Shown here: positions 43,000 to 57,074 of the stretch, in pieces
Layout of the letters: each line of letters opens with the position of its first letter
Numbering within the stretch: the first letter of the stretch is position 1
DNA from: Eledone cirrhosa
Taxonomy: Eukaryota
Assembly (NCBI GenBank): GCA_964016885.1
Contig: OZ024742.1
Coordinates: 269,948,001 to 270,012,000, forward strand
Direction: 5' to 3'
Length of the DNA: 64,000 bases
Notes under the pieces: generated by a model
Database searches by the model: none
Told to the model about the DNA's origin: nothing
The model's input: only the letters and a program-made list of their open reading frames with translations
Made by a program: the position numbers and the translations under genes

Positions 43000-44900
43000 C
43001 ACTTAGTTCACTTACTGAAGTTTCTAAGATGAAGTATAACGCTGGCCATTCTACAGGTTTCAGATGGCTACTGGTAACAGAACAAAAAATGACCGGAGGG
43101 GATGCTGTAAGGCTTAAGAGAAAATATAAATGCCCGTTAAGCGAAATGAGTCAAAACTCATCAAATCGGCATGGTGCAAGAAAACATGTTATATTACACG
43201 CATGCGTAGATCTTCTAACAAGGTAAATATCTGCATATACGGATAAAGTGGCAAGTCCAAATTGCTACTAGTTATAGCTGTCAATATGGACCATCTATTA
43301 GATCACCATTTCGGGAGCAGAAAATATGAAACATGAGTAAAATTGACATGAGTAGATATATAATCTCAATGAAAAAAGATCTCTAAGTATCTTATCCAGA
43401 GAAGCAAAATCATATAATATACCTTACATTATTATTTTGTTAGTGTTTGTGCGAATAATAAATACTGAGTAATAGATCGCAGTATAGTAATCTAAAAAGA
43501 AATATTCCCGTCCATCTTACCCTATGAATATAGTGTAAGTTAAGACACACAATTCTAGAAGGTTTCAGTTAGGTATCTTAGCTCCAACTAGAAGAATAAG
43601 ACTACCACCGTTAACAGAATAAGACTTACCACCGTTAATAGAACAACTTTTAGTTAGAGGAGATTCTTAACGTATAAGAGAAAATGTAACTTACCATTAA
43701 GAGAAATGTGTCCATTTGCCTCTCTGAATAAGAATGTTTTTGCGATATCTTTTCATTAGGTTGTTGAGAATATATTCGGGAATCTCCATCGGATTTTCCG
43801 ATGTGTATTCTGGCGTTTGATCAACTGAACATTTCAGTTATTAAAGTAACAAGTACATGGCTGAGTATTACACAGACTGGTGTAACCGGAATATTAGTTA
43901 AGAGGTATGAATAGCAATCAGTTAATCGTAGGGGAAAACCCACTGTGTCAAATCGTGGAAAAGTGTATTTTATTATAACGTATGTTCTATCTAATTGTTT
44001 TGGGTGAATTAGAGAGACGTTAAGTTTCTCAGTTAGATTGTGCGAGAAATTCAAAGTTCCAGGTTTGCGACATACTGTGTCACTCGGTTCTACCGAGGGA
44101 TTACAATAAGATTACAGAGCTCTGTGGAATATTCGGCCATGTATTTATTACATTAATAACAAAAATATTCAGTTTGACGAACTCATCGGCAAATCCGACA
44201 GAGAATCCTTAATATAATCAACATAATCGATGTATCTCTAAATTAGCCATGAGTAATACGTATTCGATGATAAACTCGCTCAAACCACGGTGACCTGAAG
44301 CTACCACTCAACGACAATACGTAACAGGAATGCATGCATGCAATGTAAAACACCCCTATGTAAAAAGAAAGTTTTGTAGCTGAGATATTGTATCTTGTGA
44401 TAGTATTCGAACCAGAACAAATTAAATGGTTGCCATATATTTGCCCACGAAATGAAATCAGTGAATAAGATCTGCTTAGATAAATGTAAAGTAAGTGCAT
44501 ATCTCATGTAGCTAACCAAAGCTGCAAATCATAATTGTCAAATATAATAATAGAAGTTTGGTTATAGTCAGTGAAACTATACATTTATATATTAAGTTGA
44601 TGGACATTCATATATATGTATTCAATTATTACCATAATAACATCATTCCTTGTATACTGTTGCAAAATTTAACTTGATAATGCCAGTTCCAGTGGCATAT
44701 CTTAACTTTAAATTAATAGCATCATTCATTATAAAATTGGCAGGATGAATGCGATTAACTTCCCTCATAAGTATATAAATAGGATTTAAACATTTATTCC
44801 GCCAGTGAAACCAGTTAGAACTCTGGATTCTAGTCAGGAACGTTTTATAGAATAACTAACTGGCCCCGTGCCGTCAAAAGTGACGGCTAATTGTGGTATT
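43000..44900 (-). pseudogene. Possible heavily decayed cadherin/protocadherin-like coding remnant
   Basis: Disrupted frames give VTFDGTGPVSYSI, GSNTITRYNI, VKLNIFVINVINTWPNI, FLFREANGHISLNGKL and CNITCFL..F*LISL. The canonical LDRE and DxNDN motifs are absent. Confidence 0.3.
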
Positions 44901-45129
44901 GAATAAGTAAACAGAGTGAAAAAAGCAAGTTAATAATTTTGATGGATAAACCATCCGTAACTAACATAGATAAACAAGATTATATCTTGGTGTGCATATG
45001 TAACTTTTGTAATTATGAGAATATAAATATAAAAACGTAAACACATACACTGACACAACAATGAATATATTCACACAAGCACATGTACTCACACATATAC
45101 ACTAGCACAAACACTAACACAATAATAAT

Positions 45130-45313
45130 TTCTACTTTTGGCAAAAGACCAGCAATTATCCCAGTGCATTACTGGTGCTTTATTTTATCCACCCCGTAAG
45201 GATGTAAGGTAAAGTTAACCTCGGCGGGATTTGAACTCAGACCATAAAAGGGCGCAACTCTATGCTGCAAAGCATGGCGTCCGGTCTTCTACCTATAGTG
45301 CCAATTCACCGCA
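45130..45313 (-). mobile_element. tRNA-derived SINE
   Basis: Homology to the other copies; TSD acaataataat. Confidence 0.9.
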
Positions 45314-48300
45314 ACAATAATAATAGCCAATGTTGTAAGCCATTTCGTTACAGATTACCTCATAAGTGGTCGCTGTTTTCTATAGTTTATTATCACCCTA
45401 TTCCTTCCTAAATCATCCCACTTTCAGTGGGTGACGGATAACTGTATAAATAAATATAGACACATTTGATAATGTTATAGTTGATATATTTTAAGGCGTT
45501 TGTTACTGGGGTATAATACAAACCAATAGTTGCATTTTAATATGCTAATTTTCAGGAAGCGAAACAGAAATGTCTATCTTTTTCCGACAAAGCTTACAAT
45601 GCTTTTATTTTCAATATGTTAGTCTAATAAAAATATTGATGTACGAATTGCTTTTCACTGCTCATTGCTTCAAAACATATTACTTGTGCATAGAGAGGAA
45701 ATCGTTATGTATTCGTTTAATCTGCAGTAAATGGCAGAGATTTCTCCCTCAGATTCACACTTACGATGATCGCAACATTCACTCACCTTCCCACTCATTT
45801 TTTAGAAGGTAGCATTTCCCTTTCCACCCAGATTTTTCTCTTCAAGCGAAATCTGAAAAAAGTTAATTAGGGTTTCGTTGAAGAGGAAAATGGGTGTCTT
45901 CAAACATTTCAAACGCGTCCACCACACGAACTCAACGGGGCCATCTACAGACAGGACTCAGTTGATAGTCGGAACCGTCATACCCGTGACAGGAAGTGCA
46001 GGAATACTCGGACATACAACGAGTGCGTGCAGGACGGTTTCCTTGCCCTGTACGCACATCGGGCATGCCCAATCGACGGCACTTCCATGCCTGTAAAGTT
46101 TATCCCAAACTGGTAAAGCTCCTTAGTAGCACTGCCAGGCCAGGGATATCTGGAAGTTATCCATGGGCCCTGGACCGAAAATCATCTTTAAAAGAGTGGC
46201 TAGTTGATTTTCGTCAACGCCCGGATACTTGTCAATGAAGCCATCGCTCTTAGGTTCCACTAACCTTAGAAGGCTAAGGTGCGGTTTCCACCGATCGTAA
46301 AGTCCGATTGGTTAAGAGCTGTGACCGCTTGACGACATTTCAATCTCCAAACGCTCCCTATGGCAAGCTTGCGCATCATCAGCCACAGCATACCAAAACT
46401 TCCAATTAGCGAGTGTGGACAGCAGGTGGACCATCTGACCAATGCAAACTGCCCCCACCAGACAAAGCGAAAGAGTAGACGCTCCAGTACAGGTAAACGT
46501 GGTCTAGGACAAGTCATGACAACCAGGCTACTGTAGATGTTAGCAACCTCTTCCCGGCGTTTCAAGGATAACAGACCCCAAGTAATTCAAGCCATCGCTC
46601 AATCCAGCGCCCTACGATGCTGTTGGAGGGCATGAAATGCATCACCAGGAGCCAAGCTGACTTTTCCTAGATGAGTTTTGCTTCTGTTACCAATTTGTAT
46701 TCTCTGACAGTGGACCTATCATCTCAATGTGTTTGGTGTTCGACACCATTACGGTAACAACCTCGGCATATACCTAACCGGATATATTACATCCTAGTTA
46801 GTGTGGGATGCCTCTCAATCTCTCCAATTTGTGTAGTAATTGTTCAAGAGTCAAAAATACAAAAGGGACAAGAAGTGACAATATTTTGCGAACCGAACGC
46901 ATGATGCTGAATTGGTGAATTGTTCCGAAAGCTGAACGTTCATTCTAACCACAGAGCATATGTTGCTGTGCATTGCAGTGATCTAGCTCCTGAAAACGGG
47001 TCCATAGCCTGATTATATGAGGACGACCGCAAGTTCGTGATGGTCAACCCTATCGAAAATCTTTTGTTTCCTCTAAATTACTCAGAGACACGCCCGTGAC
47101 AGGTTTCTAGTCACCATCTCTATGATTTATCATATGAGGTAGCGGGTGTCGTGGATGGATCTGTCTGAAATGGTGCATGTATGCTCCTTCCCTAGCAGAC
47201 CACCGAAAACAAGCACCAAATACATTGTTAGTATCTTGGCAAATATTTTAAACTCTGCCTTAGTAGTAATATGGGCGTGAAATTGTTTATATGCCCTCTT
47301 TTGGCGATCCTTCCTAAGCAGCCCTACCATCCCGTCACACACAGAACTGGGAATTCTCCCTCTATGTTGCCATGTTGCATAGATGCCCGCCAAGATGTTG
47401 CCAAACAAATCTGGTATGAGTGTGTGAAGTTCGTAAGGCAGACCGTCTAAGCCAGAGAATTAGCCCCTCGTGCAGCTTGCCAATATTTCTCATATCTCCT
47501 CGGCTGTTGTCAGTTTTTTGCAACACGTGGCCTCCTTCGCCGAGAGCCGTGGTAGGCCATCCAAGTAGGCTCTGAAATCCATCCATCGATCCGACCCGCC
47601 ACTGCTGCCGAAAAATTGGTCGAAGTATAATTATCAATTCTTACACAGCTGCTTGTGATAAAGTACTACTATCGTCGTGTTCCACCAAAGAGTGGACAGT
47701 CACTTTACTGTCACGCCCCACCTCATCCGTTCGGACCCTTTGAACAGCTTTCGCCCAATTGCGTTTAAGATCACGCACCTTTACACTGACAACGCAGCCT
47801 TTGTGGTTAGCTTTTAAAGATTGGTGCAGAGCCAATCTCGCTTCGAGCACGTTAGCTGTAATGACTTTATTAAATGCCTCTTCTAGTTTTCTAACCAGAT
47901 CTCCCACTACTTTAGTTTTCTTTGTCATTTCAGCCTTACTAAACCGTATCGATTCTGTTTTAATAGCCCTTAGAGTGAACCATCATTTGTTGTTTACGAT
48001 TTCTCCGTCAAAGCTCACCTAACTAATATACTGATCGACTATTTGTAGTTTTTATGCGCCGAGAATGACGCGTTTAGCTTCCAGTAACCAGGACCCAGTT
48101 TATGAACCCTATCTAGATTGACCATACATAATATAAATGTGTGACCTATGTCATCGACTATTTTGAATTGTGGATACATTTTACTAGACTCATCTAATTC
48201 CCTACAGATTGTCCCTGACCACATTGTCACATTCAAGAAATCCAGTCTGTACCTCTCAGACAGTTGGAAGCGTCTGAGCAGATTTGCGAGGTTTTCACAC

Positions 48301-48878
48301 ACTACTCCCAGCGTACATACGTGATATTATTGTAGTCCCTTACAAACACTAAAGAGCAAGACGTTTCTAGAAAGGTCTCAAGGCGTCTGAAGAAATCAGT
48401 CCGTCCTCTCGCTGCCGGTCACGTCCAAAACTACAAACTTTACTTCTGGATCCAGAAACATGATTCCATATTGCAAGAACCAGGCATTTCTGAACAAACA
48501 CAACGAATCCGCTCCCAGATCCTGGACGACTTGGAGATGCATAGACCTCGTAACCACCAAAAATGTGCGCAAATATTGTGCACTGAAAATTCCGGTCTCG
48601 CTGATGGCCACGATATCTTGCTTTAGTGAACTGAGATCGTTGAGCAGGTTATCCTGCTTCCACGACGATTCCAGGCCACGTGTATTTACATTGCCTATCT
48701 TGAAAGAAGCCACGTTCAATGAAGAAAGAGTGAGAATATCAGCTACCTTTGACAGTTTGGTCAGATGTGGGTTCGTTTGCATGTCTATGTATATCATTTT
48801 GGAGAGTGCGTTCGGTATTCACGAATTGCCACAGGGAAATTTGTTTTTAAATTTGTGTACGTTTTTATCTATGTTTAT

Positions 48879-49043
48879 AATTGTTTCTAGTTTTGGCACA
48901 AGGCCAGTAATTATGCAGTACATTACAGGTACTTTATTTTATCGACCCCGTAATCCTCGGTGGGATTAGAACTCAGATTGTAAAGGGACGTAACTACGCT
49001 GCAAAGCATGTCCGACCCTCTACCGATGCTGCCAATTCACCGA
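48879..49043 (-). mobile_element. tRNA-derived SINE
   Basis: Homology to the other copies; TSD atgtttat. Confidence 0.88.
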
Positions 49044-50173
49044 ATGTTTATGTGTCTGTGTGGTGCGAACCTTTTGGGTGTTATGTGATGAATTACTGAA
49101 ATGCTTGTTTTATGTTGTAGGTAGTTGATTAAATTTTGGTTTTTCAGGTTTATATCTGTATAGTGTGTTCAGGTTGTATCTTTCTGTTGGATTAGCTTTT
49201 GTTTGTAAAGTATATGGATTTGGTTGCTAGGGATGTTTTTGTTTTTGGTCACTGCGGTGTCTGTCATGTTGCTGATGCTGCTGGTGTTGCCAGTGCTGGT
49301 GGTAGTAGAAGTGATGATGGTGTTTTCGGTGACGTTGATGTAGGTGTCGGTAATTGATGTCTTAAAGCTTTAGTTTTTTTCCTTCTTTTTTAGAGGGCGA
49401 AGTCAGAGAGTTTTTGTTTTATTTTCGTTATTGTGAAAGACGGTTTTCCACTCCACACAATATGCATCCAATATGCATCCAATAATGTGACGTCGAGTAG
49501 GGAAATGATTTCCACGCGCATCGATATTGACATTGTTGTTGGTGATGCAGTTGCTGTCAATTTAAATGTTTTGCTGTTGTTGATGTTGTTGATTCGGATT
49601 AAGTGTTGCTAATAGTGCGTAATTTCATTCTTTTATTCCTTGTTTTGTGCAGAAGGCCCTTAGATGAATATTTTCGCCACATATATAACATCCAGGCCAC
49701 CTCTTTTCTTAAGCTATGAACAGTTCCGTACCATTTGGTAGCTCTATGATATAAGGAATCATTCTTAGCTTTTCCAGATTCATTTGGAGCAGAAGCTCCA
49801 TCCCAAATGTACTTCAGCTCTCCTGACATGATGTTTGAATTTGGAGGATATTTTCATTATTCTCTTCGTCCCTTAAAATGGCTGCTACTAGCCAGGGAAT
49901 TTTTACCTCAGGCGGAACATTTGTTACTGTAAACTTTGTCACATATTTGCTCATGTATGTTGGGATCAGCAAGATATTATCACTCACTAAGGGGTTGATA
50001 GAGTGAGCCTTTGCTGCTATTTCTGATGCAAATTTCAATTCTATCATCCCGTACTTTGTTCCTGTCGAGACAGTGGAATTTATTTTTCTCTATCTTCTTT
50101 AAGATATGTTGAGATTCTTGAATAGAGGGCCGTACCCGGCGTTTGATGAAGAGATTTACACATTTATAAATAA

Positions 50174-51641
50174 CTAGCATTAAAGCCCGGCGTTGCTCGG
50201 GGTCATTAAGTTACCAAAGTTAGGTTGCAGCACTTTTTTGTCTGCCAGGCACTGGGTGAATGAATTGCAGACCTGGAAGCAGGAGCTGCGCCAGCAGTGA
50301 AAATTGTAGTTTCGCCTATGGATATTATCTCTGTGCAAAAAAGTGTTGAAATTTATTGTTTCACAGTACTTGCGCAACACGCGAGTAGACGATGCCAGCC
50401 GAACAACAGAGCTGCGATGGAGTTGTTCTGCATGGTTGTCTGTGTGTTTTCTAAATGTAAGACAGTAGGGAGGGTTGTGATATGAGGGAGAGTTAGCTGT
50501 TGTTTCTAGCAGGTTTAGTGACCTCATAGAGGATATGTGTTTTCTAAATTTAAGACAGTAGGGAGTGGTGTGATATGAGGGAGAGTTAGCTGCTGTTTCT
50601 AGCAGGTTTAGTGACCTCATAGAGGATATGTGTTTTCTAAATTTAAGACAGTAGGGAGTGGTGTGATATGAGGGAGAGTTAGCTGCTGTTTCTAGCAGGT
50701 TTAGTGACCTCATAGAAGATATGTTTTCTAAATTTAAGACAGTTGAGAGGGGTGTGATATGGGGGAGAGTTAGCTGCTGTTTCTAGCAGGTTTAGTGACC
50801 TCATAGAGGATATGTTTTCTAAATTTAAGACAGTAGGGAGGGGTGTGATATGAGGGAGAGTTAGCTGCTGTTTCTAGCAGGTTTAGTGACCTCATAGAAG
50901 ATATGTTTTCTAAATTTAAGACAGTAGGGAGGAGTATGATATGGGGGAGAGTTAGCTGCTGTTTCTAGCAGGTTTAGTAACCTCATAGAGGATATGTGTT
51001 TTCTAAATTTAAGACAGTAGGGAGTGGTGTGATATGAGGGAGAGTTAGCTGCTGTTTCTAGCAGGTTTAGTAACCTCATAGAGGATATGTGTTTTCTAAA
51101 TTTAAGACAGTAGGGAGTGGTGTGATATGAGGGAGAGTTAGCTGCTGTTTCTAGCAGGTTTAGTGACCTCATAGAGGATATTATTGTTTATCATCTATAT
51201 ATATAAAACTGACTGCACGCCTAACGAAATTTACAGATACATATATTTTAAATAAACTTATATAATTTTTGCTTTTTTTTACGAAATATTTGCTTGTTTT
51301 ACGTAGTCTTTAAATAGACTTGTTTTCAAGTAAAAATTATTGTGTTAATGTCATTTTAAACGCTGAGAAAGCCAGCGTAATTTTTTTAATTTTTGCACGC
51401 AGACGCTCAATGTAAACAGAACAAAGGGAAATAACTGATCACTTACGCTCAAAAATCGATACATTATATTCGATTTCGTCAGATAGGGCGGGTCAATTTG
51501 AAATATTTTTGTTCCGATGTCTTCGCTAGGGCTCAATGTACAAGTATAGCAATTTCGGTGCAATTCCGTGAGAGATTCTAAGAGGAGATGTGTGCCAAAA
51601 ATCGATAGACAGACAGACAACCACAGTTTTATATATATAGA
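50174..51641 (-). mobile_element. Non-autonomous Helitron
   Basis: Minus strand starts TCTATATATATAAAA with subterminal (GTCT)n and ends with hairpin CCCG-agcaacgc-CGGG, about 8 nt, then CTAG. Inserted between A and T with no TSD. Confidence 0.8.
50443..51180. repeat. 91-93-bp minisatellite, 8 copies
   Basis: Unit tgtgttttctaaatttaagacagtagggag...gacctcatagaggata. Confidence 0.97.
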
Positions 51642-52229
51642 TTGTGCATTTCTGTACATAAGCATATTCGTTATACTGTACTGCTTTATGTACTTTGGTG
51701 CCGTTTCTGTATATAAGAAGTATCGATTATCTGAAGGTAACTCAATCCAAATTGTTGCTTGTGACTGTCTTTGCTGTGACTTAATATTTACTTTTTCCTT
51801 TGGTATTGGTAGCAGTGATGTTGTTGTTGTTTTGTCGCCGTCGTCGTCGCTGGTGGTGCTGGACAAAGCCTGTAACTATGTTTTGGTTTTTGTTGGTCGT
51901 AATGCTGTTGTTGCATTTGTCATGGTTGGGAGTACAGCTGTCAGTCGCTTTATTGGCAGCTACTAAATCTGCTATGTCATCTATTTTCTTCTTTTCAGCA
52001 GCTATTAAAAATGTTGACTCATCATGTTTGCCAGAGAAAATAACTGACCATTTTTTGAATTTTGGGCGAAGATGGTAAAAAGATTCTACTTTGAAACGGG
52101 CGTTTTAACCCGTTCCACGAGAGTTACTAAAAATATTTTTTTTCTGTAGATAGAACGCAGATTTAGTTAATCGATGGTGTCAAATTTCTGTTTCGACTGT
52201 TGACATAATAGAAACAATTTAAAAAATGT

Positions 52230-53538
52230 CTCAGGATGGCATTATACCTGAAAGGCGATCGATTAAAAGCAATAATAATAGGATAGAAAATAGTAATAAG
52301 ATAGAGAATCAGGAAGGAATGCAACTGGAGAGTAGGTGCTGTCATGAAAACAGAGCTTAACTCGAGAAATAATTTACCTGTCATAAATACGCTTGCAATC
52401 GCTGTTGTCATTTGCAGTTTAAATATTATAAATTGCAATGTTAACGAAATTAAAGCAGATATGAATCGCCTCTATCTCCCTAGACACTATTCAGTCAAAT
52501 AGAAAAAGTAGGAAGTTATCGGAGAACTTGGAATACAGATTGAAAATATGAATGGCGATTCTGCAATTAAAGCCGCAAAGAATATCAAATTATTGGCAAC
52601 ATATAAAAGCCAACAGAGACTTGCACTACATGGGAACAATATCCACATCCTGAGCAGTATGTTCTCCGGAGAAAGAACCTGATGTCGATCAAGCTCTCTG
52701 TGGTTGCGGAGTGTTCGGCTAAAGGCAGAGAGTGAGGTTTCATTTTGGCTGCACAAGACCAATGTCCGCAAAGCACAAATGTCAACCCCTTGAGATGAGA
52801 ATTGGAACTGACCAAAAGTGTCGATTCTGTGATGAGCATGATGAAACCATAGAACATTTGGTTTCAGGCTGCAAGATATTAAATGCCCAAGAATAAAAAA
52901 CGAGGGATGATAGAGTGGGGCAATAGTTATTCTGGGTAATGTGCAGGTTTGTTAGTCTGAAAAGGGTGGGAGATTGTTGCGACTATCACCCAAATGTATT
53001 AACAGGAGACGAGAACGCGACACTCCTCTGAGAATTCCACGTGAAAACTGACAGATCAATCAAGGCCCGCAGGCCTGATCTAATTTGTAAGGACCATAAA
53101 GAGAATACATGTTTCTTAATTCATTTGAGCATTCCATCAGATCGTAATATCTCATCGAGAGGGTTCAGAAAGCCCAGTAAGCATAATTATATATCAATCA
53201 ATATTGAAAAAATGTGGCGTCTTAAAGCCTGTACAATACCAGTGATAGTTGGTACACTTGGAATGATAAATAAGGGTACTGAAAAATAGTTGGACTGGAT
53301 AGCTAAAACCCATCCCTGCAAGAGATACAGGAAATAGTGCTGACTGGTACTGCCCATCTCCTAAAGAAAGGGATATTCTTTCTAAAACATTTGCAAAGAC
53401 ATTTACTGCTTTTTGTGACATTGTGGCATCATCTGTGTGACATTTGATTATAAAATGGATGTATTATTAAAGTTGACAGTCGACATGATTTGCAACGAAG
53501 CACAATTCAAAGGAAGTTTCAAATCATCATAATAATAA
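52230..53538 (+). mobile_element. R4/Dong-like 3' fragment
   Basis: KTELNSRN, INTLAI, RLYLPR, ETIEHLVSGC, KARRPDL, IPVIVGTLG; (AAT)n tail. Confidence 0.85.
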
Positions 53539-56505
53539 TGCTTTCTTTATTAGCCACACTGGACTCAGATTTAGGAGACATTAAAGATAGTAGAGGAAAA
53601 TACATTGTGAGATTTTGTGTGTAAAATAAAATTCATAACAGAGATTAAGAAAATAAATATAAATAAACAACATAAACATTTCCCAAAGCTGAGGAGACCA
53701 CCAAAGCCACGGTCACCTTGAACGCTAGGCCATGGGTCTCCTCCCAGCTGTCCTTTAATACTACAAGCACACGTTCCTAGCAGGCATATTCACACGGTCT
53801 ATGCCTGACATTCCGAACCACCTTTCAACAAAATAGGTGGAAAGCAGTATTTTTCTCTCCATCCTGAATTTCTTTTTCAGGTGTAACCTGAAGAATTTTC
53901 AGAGGGTCACCGAGGAGGAAAATTCCCATTTTCAACCCTGTCAGACGCATCCACCATACGATCTCATTGACATTGCTACTAGGCAGATACAATTGCATGC
54001 TTTCCCACTTTAAATGAGAGAGGTGGGAAAATGATCATAATGACTCAGCAGAGAGCCAGTTCCATCCTGCACGTAACATCAGATGTTTTACATAAACAAA
54101 CAAATTAGCGATACCCGGACACTAGACGATTGCATGTAGGACGGTCACATAGCCCTGCTCACACCTCAGAAAGGCCCATCTGACGGCACTCTCATGCTTG
54201 TAAAGATTATCTCACACTGGCAATGCTCCCCGCTAGCGCTGCCAAGCCAGGGATTTTTTGCAAATTATCCATTGGCCCTAGTCCGAAAGTCCTCCGAAAT
54301 ATAATTGGTAGTTTGTTTTCGAGACAAAAAGTGCTTAGTGAAAGGCGACCACACCTGTTCACCGTCTAGGAAAATACAGTGATTTTGCAGTCTCAGAGGA
54401 TATCTGCGCATCATCAGCCACGACATCCCTAGTCCTCCACTGAGCGGGTGTTGATAGTAGTTGGATCGCTTTACTATCGAAAGGCATCCCTTCCACAAAA
54501 AGCAAAAAGGCAAATGCCCCAGTGCAGTTAGATGAATCTTAGGGTATTTGGCCTGCAACCATGTTCATGCGGGATGATTCTCAAAATCTGCAGTTTGTGC
54601 AATAAAGTCACTAAAGTCAAGATGTACAACAAGAACGGAAGGGTACAACCTTGGAAGAGAGAGCCTTTGATCTTGAACGGTTCTGAAAGGTGGCCGTTCA
54701 CATTAACCACAGAGCAGATTTCGCCATGCATGGCAGCGAACCTCCATCAGAAAAAAGGGCCCAAAGTCGGCCGCTCTCATGACGGCCGCCAGGATTTGAT
54801 GGTTGACCCTTTTGAAAGCTTTCAATTCATTTAAATCGATCTGGACACCCTCCGTATTAGGTTGCTTAGCAACCCTCTTCACGATGTATTGCATGAGGTG
54901 GATGTGGTAGAGGGATATGTCGGGAATGGCACATGTCTGTGTGTTTCCTACAAGACTTTCGACGAAAAGTGCCAAAGTCGTTGCTAATTACTTTGCCCTA
55001 AAATTTGAACTCTGCGTGCAGCAGAGTTATGGGCCATAGATTATATGCGTTGTCCCCCCTGTGCCGGTCCTTTCTCAGCAGTAACACTTCTGCTCGGCTC
55101 AAAGAACTGAGAATTCTCCCGTTTTGCTGCCAGATGCAGCAGATGTCTGACAAAAAGTCAGTGAATATGTCTGACATTTATACGTAAATCTTGAAGGGCA
55201 GACTATCCAAACCAGGCAATTTACATTTCACGCACTCCTCAGTCATTGCCTCCCGTTATCGGCTTTTCGCAGCAGTCCGCCTCATTTGCCAAGAGCCGAT
55301 GCCGGCCGCCGAGGTAGGTACTAAACTCCATTCAGGGATCAAGTTTGGCACTGTTGCCGAACAGTTTAGCGAAGTGATGCTGAAAAGCAGCACACATCTG
55401 CTTAGGATCAAGTACCATGCGCCTGTTGTGGCGCGCGCCGATGTTCGGATTGTGCCTTTGTTGTCACGCCGTGTTTCTGGTAGCCACGTGAGCCCATTGA
55501 ACGTCGTTCATCCCCTCATGTACTAACGCACGCCCACAAGCTCTGACAGCGCAGTCGTCGTGTTTAGCATTGAAAACCTTTTCGAGTGCTAATCTGGCCG
55601 CTTGCACGCCGATGCTTCTTCTACGCACTTCTAGTTTTCTAACTAGACCTCACTCTTGTCTATTCCATTTCAATCACTATAGCCTTGCTAAACCTAACGG
55701 CTTCTACTTTGATGACCATTTGCATGGCGAACCGCCATTTGTTGTTGACGACTGCCCCCGTTTAATTAGTCCGTAATTCGGTCCCTAGAGTCGTTACGCA
55801 CTGAGAACGACGAGTGCAGCTTCCAATAGGCACGTCACTGTCTATGTAACTTCCATATGTGCACCTCCCAGATCATTAATTTGTGTCTATGTAGTCACCC
55901 ATCTTGAACCGCGGACATCGTATGTTAGTGTTATCTATATTTCTTACAAAAAGAGCCTACCTAGTTGCTATCTGGATGACCCGACACGGGTTGTCCACAT
56001 CACACAGGTGCATTAAGGAAATCCAGACGGAACCTGTCAGTTAGTTGGAACATTCTAAACTGGTTTGCGAGGTTTTTACACACTCCTCCCATATCTGCTA
56101 CTCGGACGCAGTCCCAGCTTGCATGCCAGATACCGTTCCGTTGCCAACTGACACTGAAGAATGGGACGTTCCTAGAGAGGTCTCCAGTCACCGGAAGAAA
56201 TCAGGCTTTCCTTTCACTGTCGGGGAATAGACTGCTGCCAGCCTGAAAGCGTGGACATTTCCACTAGTGACGTCTTTGGCCCAAGAAAATGGGCCCTATC
56301 TCGAGAAATATATCGCTCCGAAACAACACAGCAGCACCCATTCAGATCCAGGACAGCTTGGGGATGGTTTCACCTCAGTCGCTGAAGAAGTGTGTGAAAA
56401 TCCGTCCCTCAGGGATTCTTTTTTTGCTGATGGCCACCATATCTATGTTTAGAGACCTGAAGCCGTTGAACATGTGACCTTGTTCCATTGTACCTCCGTT
56501 TTCCA
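53530..56505 (-). mobile_element. Tx1/L1-clade LINE (APE plus RT), decayed
   Basis: DMVAISK, YWKLHSS, KAFKRVNHQ, LFQGCTL, HPLSGGLGM; 3' end resembles 35940-35985. Confidence 0.85.
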
Positions 56506-57074
56506 TTTGAATTCGGCTCCTAGCGATTTCTTTCATTTTTTGTTGAGTCTTTGAAATTGAGTGGCTTTAGACTGCCTTTTCTAGACGTTTTACTATCCAC
56601 TAATGCAACTATGTGCTGTCAGTCGCACATGGTTTGACTTGTTCAGTTTCCATAGAATGTGAAATATATAGTTACCTAAATTAACTCTAGGCGTGTTGTT
56701 CATACAATACTTACTACTGTTGAAAAGCCCTGGGCGAAACAAACTCAATCTGTAGTTTCTCCAGGAGTTTGATAATTATTGATGGCAATATGGTTGATAT
56801 GCAAAAATATCTCTTGAAATAAAAATATGTTTAATACATTTCCTATGTTGGTCAGGGCGTGCATGTCGAACTTCATATTTCAAGACTAATTTCCTTGTCT
56901 TTCATGTTTTTTCTTCACGTACATTCTTTTGAAACAAGGCATAAATGAATATGATGTCACTGATATGTTGATAACACTTGAGAAATAGAAATATAATTTC
57001 ATACAATAAATGTTCCTGCTTGAGTATAACCTTCTATAACTCCATAATACTCGTCTACTGCACACCCATACGCA

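Larger units (their letters stand above)
45720..52110 (-). mobile_element. Tx1/L1-clade LINE with ORF1 remnant, APE endonuclease and RT, interrupted by a SINE and a Helitron
   Basis: IGNVNTRGL..DIVAISET, GPGYWKLNAS, FDRVDH; ORF1-like IELKF..TVTNVPPEV at 49814-50170. Confidence 0.8.

Noticed and set aside
50443-51180. CRISPR array or repeat protein (RSLNLLETAANSPSY)
   Set aside because: There are no unique spacers, and the 91-bp units break the frame. It is a minisatellite.
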